Both the position numbers and the translations under genes were made by a program. Below, piece by piece: positions 49,356-56,091 of a stretch of DNA of 56,091 nucleotides (positions within the stretch are counted from its first letter, which is position 1; each line of letters opens with the position of its first letter). The stretch comes from an uncultured Eubacteriales bacterium (GTDB taxonomy: Bacteria; Acidobacteriota; Aminicenantia; Aminicenantales; Aminicenantaceae). Location of the stretch: contig CAZSZS010000117.1 in NCBI GenBank assembly GCA_964611275.1, positions 1 through 56,091 of the forward strand, given 5' to 3'. The notes under the pieces are model-generated. The model searched no databases and was not told the origin of the DNA. It saw only the letters and a program-made list of their open reading frames with translations.

Positions 49356-49447
49356 TCAGGCCGGGAAGCCATGAAATTCATACTTAAATACCCACTTGAT
49401 TAGGCATAAAACATAAAGCAAATAAGTTTTTTGTTGGAGGTGGTTTT

Positions 49448-49900
49448 TTGTATTTATATCTGATACAACACGGCAAGACAATACCAAAGGAAAAAGACCC
49501 GGAGCAGCCCCTCAGCATTCAGGGAAAGAAACACACAAAAAGGACCGCATCTTTTCTCAGGTCACATGGTTTTTTAGTGGAAGAGATCTGGCACAGCGAC
49601 AAACTGCGTGCCAAGCAGACAGCGGAAATAATCGGAAATAAACTGCTCTGTAAAAAAATAATAGAAAAAGAAGGCCTGGCCCCCCTCGATCCGGTCAAAA
49701 ATATCTCTGAAGAGATCCAGAAAGTTGATAAGATTCTCCTTATTACGGGGCATCTCCCTTTCCTGGAAAAACTGGCGTCGTTACTTCTCACCGGTTCTCA
49801 GAAGAAACTGACAATAAAGTTTCAAAATTCAGGTATAGTCTGCCTGGAGAAAGATGACAAATGGTCGCTGATATGGTCAGTTATCCCGGAACTCATCTAA
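49448..49900 (+). CDS. sixA: Phosphohistidine phosphatase SixA
   Basis: LYLIQHG, PLS..G, HS.KLRAKQTAE, GHLP; TTG start after GGAGGTGG. Confidence 0.82.
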   Translation: MYLYLIQHGKTIPKEKDPEQPLSIQGKKHTKRTASFLRSHGFLVEEIWHSDKLRAKQTAEIIGNKLLCKKIIEKEGLAPLDPVKNISEEIQKVDKILLITGHLPFLEKLASLLLTGSQKKLTIKFQNSGIVCLEKDDKWSLIWSVIPELI

Positions 49901-49928
49901 CCTGACCTCGACTTGTTAATAACCCGGG

Positions 49929-51704
49929 CTAATCTTTTTTCTGTTCGATCGGTTTTAATTTATTGTATTCAACAAGAAGTTTAAGCCACCAATCCGGATA
50001 TTTCAGTGCGTTTCTTTTTCTTTCTTTAACATCGTAATCCCAGAGGTGGTTGAATCTCACTAGAAGGGAATTACCGAGCTCCCACCAGGCATCAATAACC
50101 AGCTCCGCGTTATTGTTGCAGTAGTCAGTCAAAAACTTTGACGCCAGTGAAGGATCTTCGTTATAAAGCTTTTCCGCATATTCATCAATCAGGGGTGTCC
50201 TATCAACAGTTGTTTTCTCCCAATTCTGTTGATACTCTCTGACATCTTTTATGGCATGCGAATAAGCAACCTGTGTGTGGAAATCAACATAGTCAAACGC
50301 CCATCGTGCGGAATCTCTGTCAAACTTCCAGTGGTCTCCGATCTCAAAGGATCGGGGGATTCTGTTGATCCCTATATAAAACGGCATATAACAGGAGGTG
50401 TCCTGTGCACCGAAAGCAAGCCAGACAAGCCCTCCTATGGGATCCGGGAGCCAGTCCCTGCACTGGGTCACAGTAACATATTCAGCGCGGTTGACACTGA
50501 TAACTCGGGAGGTATTGTATCGTTTGCCCTCCAATTCGAATCCATAGGGAAGGTGATTGGGATTACTGAAAGCACCTCCCTGAAGCCCTCTGGCAGGATA
50601 ATAAGGAGTGTCTTCGAATTTATCTCTGGTCATCACCATCACGTCATATACAGAAAGCTTTTTATCAGGTTTAATAGAGAAGGGAAATTCCATATTTGGA
50701 GTATCGGGGCTGAAGTTTCTTGACGGGGCTGCCAGGTCAAAAAACCGCCACATACGGGCTCTGGATCCATTGCTGCTCTCAGCGCTGTGTTCAGAGGGGG
50801 AATACGTTTTCTTCCAGTTGAAAGATTTTCCGCTTTCAGGGTCATAAAAACCTTGATCCACTGCAAAGGAGATGACGTTCGGAGAAGCCATGAAATAGTC
50901 AGGATTCTCAAGATCGATTTCTCCGATTCGTGATTCATTGGGACACACACTCACATGGTCATCGGGAACTCTCTGAGCGCACCACACGGCTCCTGGTTTT
51001 CCGCTTTCCGGAGTCCAGAGAGGACCGACAGGCATGATCTCGAAAACCCAGATCTCATTTGGATCAGAAAGAGCCAGCATCTCACCCGTATCTGTGTAGC
51101 CGTATCCGTATTTTTCTCCAAGCTCGCCCATTATTTTCACAGCTTCGCGCGCTGTTTTGGCTCTTTCCATTGCAATCAAAGTCAGCATGGTGATATCGAA
51201 CTTTGCCGTAGAAGTGGGATTATTCATTTTTTCCCGGCATCCGATGGTCGATTCTCCCAGGGCAACCTGCTGGTCGTTCATATAACCAAAGGCGCCATGG
51301 ACATAAGAATAGGTATGGCTGACCTGCGGGATTTCAAGCCCTGTAAAGTCATCTTTATATTTCTCCCATTTGAGGCCCACATCCGGCTCCCAGGTTCTGA
51401 ATTGATTAATGTAGTATATTTTTCGCTTTGAGCCTGTTTCATAATCCGCAGCTGGGATGTACCGCCATGTCCAGTCACAGAGGCCGCAGTCACAGGTGTG
51501 TGTGCTCATAACAGAGCCGTCTGTCGAGGCATCCTTTCCGACAATAATAACCGTGCATCCGTCAGTAGGAATGATTCCTGATTTTGCTTTTTCACTGTTT
51601 TCTGAATGAGCCAAAGAAACAAAACACAGGAGAAGAAGCAAAGAAATCAAGCTCAGTTTTTTAAGATAAGTATCCTTTTTTCTCAATTTTTTCCTCCTTT
51701 TCAT
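49929..51704 (-). CDS. Exported C69-family (Ntn-hydrolase) dipeptidase
   Basis: Signal peptide, then CTVIIVGKDASTDGS with an Ntn Cys; MNDQQVALGEST, ERAKTAREAV, AQRVPDD; ATG at 51704. Confidence 0.85.
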   Translation of the reverse strand: MKRRKKLRKKDTYLKKLSLISLLLLLCFVSLAHSENSEKAKSGIIPTDGCTVIIVGKDASTDGSVMSTHTCDCGLCDWTWRYIPAADYETGSKRKIYYINQFRTWEPDVGLKWEKYKDDFTGLEIPQVSHTYSYVHGAFGYMNDQQVALGESTIGCREKMNNPTSTAKFDITMLTLIAMERAKTAREAVKIMGELGEKYGYGYTDTGEMLALSDPNEIWVFEIMPVGPLWTPESGKPGAVWCAQRVPDDHVSVCPNESRIGEIDLENPDYFMASPNVISFAVDQGFYDPESGKSFNWKKTYSPSEHSAESSNGSRARMWRFFDLAAPSRNFSPDTPNMEFPFSIKPDKKLSVYDVMVMTRDKFEDTPYYPARGLQGGAFSNPNHLPYGFELEGKRYNTSRVISVNRAEYVTVTQCRDWLPDPIGGLVWLAFGAQDTSCYMPFYIGINRIPRSFEIGDHWKFDRDSARWAFDYVDFHTQVAYSHAIKDVREYQQNWEKTTVDRTPLIDEYAEKLYNEDPSLASKFLTDYCNNNAELVIDAWWELGNSLLVRFNHLWDYDVKERKRNALKYPDWWLKLLVEYNKLKPIEQKKD

Positions 51705-51897
51705 AGTTGGAATGTGTTGTTTTGACAATGATCAGTCACTATGATATGTTTTTTTTAGCAAATGTTAAAGAAAAAAGCAATTTATCCGGAATCAAAATCT
51801 TTGAGTATTGTTTTCAATCAAATAAAAATGGCATTTGATTGAAAAATCTTTTTTCCTTTAGTCCCACGAAACCGCACTAGAGAAATGTTTTAAACTT

Positions 51898-53574
51898 ATG
51901 GATAACCATCGTTCTGATAAGCTCTTGCCTCCGTCTGTAGAAAAATCTTTTGAAGATCCATGGAATATATTGAACATAGACCTTGAAGCCCTTAAATCAA
52001 ATTATAATTTTCTCAGGAAAAAGGTCCCTAATAAATATCCTTTTTTTGCTGTTGTGAAAGCAGATGCCTACGGACATGGGATCAAGGAAACAGCTAAGGT
52101 CCTCTCTGAAGCAGGGTGCCGGCATTTTGCTGTGGAGTCGCCTCAGGAAGCGATCCGCATCCGCAACCAGGGCATTCAAGATGAGATTCTGCTTCTGAAT
52201 CCCATTCCTGACTGGATGGCGGAAATATCAGTCCGTCATGACCTGAGTGTTTCGGTGATACACCCTTCCATATTGGATCCGTTAGAAGAGGCTGCCAAAC
52301 AGATGGGAAATATGTGTGCGGTCCACCTCAATGTAAATGTCGGACTTCACAGACTTGGAATCCCTTCTTCCAAGCTGGTAACTGTGGCAGAAAAAGTCGT
52401 AGAAAAGCCTCATTTAAAATTTGAAGCTCTTTTCGGGCAGCCAAGAACCCCTGATACAGCCCTTAAGGCGTTCCGTAAATTAAAGGAAGGATATGAAAAG
52501 TTAAAAACGAAAAATTTACATCCTGATTACATTCACTTTGCAAACAGCACTGCCTTTCTCGCTCATCCGGAGACCAGAAGTGACGGGGTAAGGATCGGCA
52601 TATTACTCTACGGCGTTCAGCCCATGGAACAGTTCAGAGAAGGAGTTTATCCTATCGGGGTCAAACCGGTTATGAGTCTCAACTCAGAGGTGGTTCAGGT
52701 CAGAACTTTACCAAAGGGAAGTAAGATCGGATACCATTCCAATACAAAGACAGAAAAAGAAACCAGAATCGGGATTATCCCTGTTGGCTATTATCACGGA
52801 TTGAACCGGAAGATGACAAAAAATTCCTACGTACTTATCCGAGGGAAGAAGGCGTATTTCAAATCTGCGGTCTCCATGAATTCTTCTACTGTTGATCTGT
52901 CGAACATCCCTGATGCAAAAATAGGGGATAAAGTAACCCTTGTCGGAAACCAGGGGAAGGAAAGAATAAGCGTAAATGACCTGGCCGATCGTTCAGGCGC
53001 CATTGGCGCAGAAATTATGATGAGCTTTGGGAAAAGCATTATAAGGACCTATGACTTGTCCCATGAAGCTTGTAAGGTAAAGATTAAGTTAAAAAGAAAA
53101 AAAAGGGATGATATCGTCATCAGATATTCACGGACCATAAAAGAGCTTCCTGATTGGATCAGTTATAATGAGATAGCTGCCTTTTTAATGGACAACTTGA
53201 AGCCTGATGAGACATTAGCAGATAGAGTCAACACGGCATTGGATTACGCTCTTTCTTCCAATCCAAGGGGGACAGGATTTGTGATCCTGGCAACCGCAGG
53301 AAAAAGAATTTTGGGCGCTATCGTATGCGTGCGCACAGATACGGCAGGATTTATTCCTGAAAATATCATCGCCCATCTTTGTGTCCATACAGACCATCGA
53401 AAAAAAGGCATAGGCAAAAGGCTTCTCCAGGAGGCTGTTGCCTGTACGGATGGTCCGATCAAGATGCACTTAAAAAGAGACAATCCTGCGGCTGAATTGT
53501 TAAAGAAATTTGGATTTAAACAAGATTATTTGGAAATGCGGCTACAGAAAGGAGAACAACAATCTCATGAATGA
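51898..53574 (+). CDS. Alanine-racemase-fold PLP enzyme fused to a C-terminal GNAT acetyltransferase
   Basis: AVVKADAYGHG (PLP Lys54), HRLG, HFANS, VRIGILLYG, PVMSL, IGY; C-terminal GNAT VHTDHRKKGIGKRLL...NPAAELLKKFGF. Confidence 0.85.
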   Translation: MDNHRSDKLLPPSVEKSFEDPWNILNIDLEALKSNYNFLRKKVPNKYPFFAVVKADAYGHGIKETAKVLSEAGCRHFAVESPQEAIRIRNQGIQDEILLLNPIPDWMAEISVRHDLSVSVIHPSILDPLEEAAKQMGNMCAVHLNVNVGLHRLGIPSSKLVTVAEKVVEKPHLKFEALFGQPRTPDTALKAFRKLKEGYEKLKTKNLHPDYIHFANSTAFLAHPETRSDGVRIGILLYGVQPMEQFREGVYPIGVKPVMSLNSEVVQVRTLPKGSKIGYHSNTKTEKETRIGIIPVGYYHGLNRKMTKNSYVLIRGKKAYFKSAVSMNSSTVDLSNIPDAKIGDKVTLVGNQGKERISVNDLADRSGAIGAEIMMSFGKSIIRTYDLSHEACKVKIKLKRKKRDDIVIRYSRTIKELPDWISYNEIAAFLMDNLKPDETLADRVNTALDYALSSNPRGTGFVILATAGKRILGAIVCVRTDTAGFIPENIIAHLCVHTDHRKKGIGKRLLQEAVACTDGPIKMHLKRDNPAAELLKKFGFKQDYLEMRLQKGEQQSHE

Positions 53575-54643
53575 TTTAAAAGAAAAATATAAAAAGGACA
53601 ATATTGCATGGGACCAATGCGCTGAAATATATGAAAAACAGATTGTGAGCGGGCATCCTGAGATAAATGCGTTTGAAAATTTTGAGGAAGATTTTTTGGA
53701 TCGATTTTTACTTTATTTGATAGAAAAACAGGATCGCCCGGTGAAAATACTTGATTTGGGCTGCGGTTCGGGAAGGCTTCATATAAGGTATGGGGCCAAA
53801 ACAGTTGATAACGATGAAGCACAGGGATTTCCCAGGCTCAGGGACATCAAAAAAACACACCCTGAATTAGTTTATGACCCTCTGCTTAAAAAAGGCTTGG
53901 CCGAAGTTTGGGGCATTGATTTTTCATTGAAGATGATTGAACTGGCCGAGGCTAAGATCCGGGAGGCGCAGTTGGACAAAGTTCATACCGTTCCCTTGAC
54001 TTTGAAACAGGGATCAGCTTTTGAACTGGAAGAAGAACCGGACGAAGTGCTTCCCGTGGCTGTAAATCTCGTTAATTCCATCTGTGTGATGCAGGGTCCT
54101 GGAGGTGCGGTTGAATTGTTCAAATCCATGAGGAAAGCGGTTGAAAAAGCAGGAGGAATAGCCCTCATATCCAATTATCAGAGAGAATACATCGAACACT
54201 ACGGACTCGGACAGTATGAATCCACTCTGGACGTTTCAGGCCACCCAAAGTGGATGGTGCCTGATACCTATGCTTCGCCAGATTATCTGTTTATGCCCAA
54301 GCACTACATACGCTCTTTCACCCGGGATCCTGAACTTTATGTGGATGTCTATGATAAAAAAGGAATGTTAGTAAAAAAAGACCATGTTTTAAAAAGGGAA
54401 CCTGAACGCGTCAAACACGTAATAGATACGGGTCATATCCGTACCTGCACGGATTATGAATCAAATTGGTACAGCTTCAAAGAGATGGATGACTGGGTCA
54501 ATGCTCATTGGAAGGGAGGAGGGGAAACCTATCATTTCCAGACATCAGAGCTCGATATAATACGGGCTGAACCGGCTCAAATGTCCGTGCTTGATTCCGG
54601 ATCCCATCTCAAGGATCTTTTTTCTCGCTGGAAACTGATTTGA
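53567..54643 (+). CDS. Class I SAM-dependent methyltransferase (uncharacterised)
   Basis: WD..AE.YE, ILDLGCGSG motif I, GIDFS..MIELA motif II, QGSA; ATG 53567 with SD AAGGAG, overlapping the upstream stop. Confidence 0.82.
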   Translation: MNDLKEKYKKDNIAWDQCAEIYEKQIVSGHPEINAFENFEEDFLDRFLLYLIEKQDRPVKILDLGCGSGRLHIRYGAKTVDNDEAQGFPRLRDIKKTHPELVYDPLLKKGLAEVWGIDFSLKMIELAEAKIREAQLDKVHTVPLTLKQGSAFELEEEPDEVLPVAVNLVNSICVMQGPGGAVELFKSMRKAVEKAGGIALISNYQREYIEHYGLGQYESTLDVSGHPKWMVPDTYASPDYLFMPKHYIRSFTRDPELYVDVYDKKGMLVKKDHVLKREPERVKHVIDTGHIRTCTDYESNWYSFKEMDDWVNAHWKGGGETYHFQTSELDIIRAEPAQMSVLDSGSHLKDLFSRWKLI

Positions 54644-54647
54644 TTCC

Positions 54648-55244
54648 ATGAAACATCCCTGGATCCAATACGCTCTCATCCTTGCGTATTTTATCTATAT
54701 CTTTTTCAAAGGCATCCGCGCAAGTCCAGGGATATTGATGACAGTGATGATTTTTTAGTAGCCGGAAGAAATATCGGCTGGTTTTTTCTTCTCTGCACTA
54801 TGGGGGCCACCGTCATAGGAGGAGGAGCTTCCATAGGATCCATAGGCAGGACTTACGAGTGGGGGATTTTGATGCTTATGGTCTCTTCTGCCTGGTATAT
54901 ACATTTCATTTTCTCAGGGCTTTTTGTTGCCCCTTATTTCAGACTGGTCACTACATTCCTTGCCTTTCTTTTGTGAGAGACATTCTCTCCCGCCTATGCT
55001 ACCAGGTACTGCGTGGGAAAAGATATCAAAAACACAAAAAGAGGCTTAGTAGAGGCAGGCGCTTTTCTTGACGTTTTTTTCCCGGTTATCTTGTTTTATT
55101 ATTGCTTTGTATGCAAGACTGCATTTTCCCCAAATAGATTCGGAACAGGCTCTGCCTATGATCATATTGAGATTGAACAATCCTTTTGTCGGGGGACTGA
55201 TCATTGCAGCCCTGATGTGCGCGGTCATGTCTTCGGCTGATTCA
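54648..55244 (+). pseudogene. Frameshifted, internally deleted sodium:solute symporter (SSS family)
   Basis: Fragments in different frames: MKHPWIQYALILAYFIYIFFKGIR / KSRDIDDSDDFLVAGRNIGWFFLLCTMGATVIGGGASIG...APYFR / KDIKNTKRGL / EQALP...GLIIAALMCAVMSSADS. Confidence 0.85.
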
Positions 55245-55620
55245 AAGGCATTTTTTGACCTCAGAATGAGGTTCTCATGCACTTTTTTCGTATTTATGGG
55301 GCCCAAACACTCTTCATTTAAAAAACTTCCTTAAAACAGTGGTTTTGGGCGTAAAGCGGCAAGTTTTTTGACAAAAGAGGACCGGAATGAAAGTGCCGGC
55401 TGATGTCAGCAAAAGGGGGTTGATGATGGGAACCAAAAAGGTGGGGATTCTCTCCAGCCGGCCAAAAAGAATCGTACCTATTATAGCACAATTTTTAAAA
55501 AAGCAAACTTTTTTTTAATCTGATTTTCAAGAAAGTGAAAATCTTTCCCCATTTCTCCTGTGGCACCCACATTGAATATTGACCGGAGAAAAGGAAAATG
55601 TTTAAATAGAGGGCAAACCT

Positions 55621-55706
55621 GCCGGAGTGGCGAAATTGGCAGACGCGCTGGACTCAAAATCCAGTTCGGGGCGACTCGAGTGGGGGTTCGACTCCCCCCT
55701 CCGGCA
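55621..55706 (+). tRNA. tRNA-Leu(CAA)
   Basis: GCCGGAGTGGCGAAATTGGCAGACGCG-CTGGA-CTCAAAA-TCCAG, long variable arm, GGGGGTTCGACTCCCCC, CTCCGGCA; CCA not encoded. Confidence 0.96.
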
Positions 55707-55774
55707 CTCAGAATACCCCTTGTTTCCCCTGAAAAAGGAAGTTTTAGATTTAGTTTTCCTTTGTATTCTCCGAA

Positions 55775-56091
55775 CTATTCATTCCGCAGGCGGTCGGCCG
55801 GATTAGCAGTTGCAGCCCGGAAAGTCTGGTAGCTGACGGTCAACAGGGCGATAGCAAGGGCGGCCGTACCGGCGGTAATGAATACTCCAAGGCCTATACT
55901 CGTGTGATAGGAAAAGTTTTTCATCCACCGGTTCATGAAGAAAAATCCTAGCGGCCATGCGATGATGTTAGCCAGAACAATCAGGACGATAAACTCCCTG
56001 CTGAGGTTTCTCATGATACTCCAAATCGAAGCACCGAGTACTTTCCTTATAGCGACCTCCTTGGACCTCCGCGCCGCCATGAATGCAGCCA
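55775..56091 (-). CDS. ABC transporter permease (FtsX/MacB family), C-terminal part; gene starts beyond the window
   Basis: RSKEVAIRKVLGAS...EF..L...AN.IAWP...WM..F.Y...TVSYQT.RAA..NP...LRNE. Confidence 0.9.
   Translation of the reverse strand, partial: AAFMAARRSKEVAIRKVLGASIWSIMRNLSREFIVLIVLANIIAWPLGFFFMNRWMKNFSYHTSIGLGVFITAGTAALAIALLTVSYQTFRAATANPADRLRNE

Noticed and set aside
54700-54760. Programmed frameshift or stop-codon recoding in the symporter gene
   Set aside because: Additional frameshifts, a large deletion and a missing C-terminus indicate pseudogenisation rather than recoding.
1-56091. CRISPR array, integrase, transposase or prophage genes
   Set aside because: No regularly spaced direct repeats and no recognisable recombinase, transposase or phage proteins among the ORFs.
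55621-56091. Genomic island integrated at tRNA-Leu (or at tRNA-Pro/tRNA-Gly)
   Set aside because: No duplicated tRNA 3' end and no integrase; the flanking genes are ordinary. Sequence beyond the window cannot be assessed.

Overview
Gene-dense bacterial chromosomal window from a moderately AT-rich, diderm (LPS heptose genes) organism. Gene content and style suggest an Aminicenantes/Acidobacteriota-like lineage, but this is only inference. Most of it is housekeeping: surE, rarA, panBCD, guaB, secA, feoAB, uvrBC, lipoate ligase, ADP-heptose/waaC, trmH and three tRNAs (Pro-GGG, Gly-CCC, Leu-CAA), plus two ECF sigma/anti-sigma modules. No CRISPR array, integrase or transposase was seen. Best candidates for undescribed biology: (1) an operon of a PLP racemase-GNAT fusion with a remodelled, probably non-alanine active site, an unusual SAM methyltransferase and a decayed Na+/solute symporter (51898-55244); (2) an archaeal-type HMG-CoA synthase/thiolase/DUF35 triad directly followed by methylcrotonyl-CoA carboxylase and hydratase genes, with no HMG-CoA lyase in the window (30772-37890); (3) a structured dispersed intergenic repeat family, present twice in inverted orientation with a compensatory base change (10415-10790 and 37921-38098); (4) several enzymes with altered catalytic residues: an HtrA with His->Leu and Asp->His, a deoxynucleoside kinase with a broken P-loop/lid ahead of panBCD, and an AsnB-like protein with Cys1->Ala. 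A 56-aa CxxC ORF (5048-5218) was missed by the ORF track. All assignments come from motif recognition by eye; no database searches were run.
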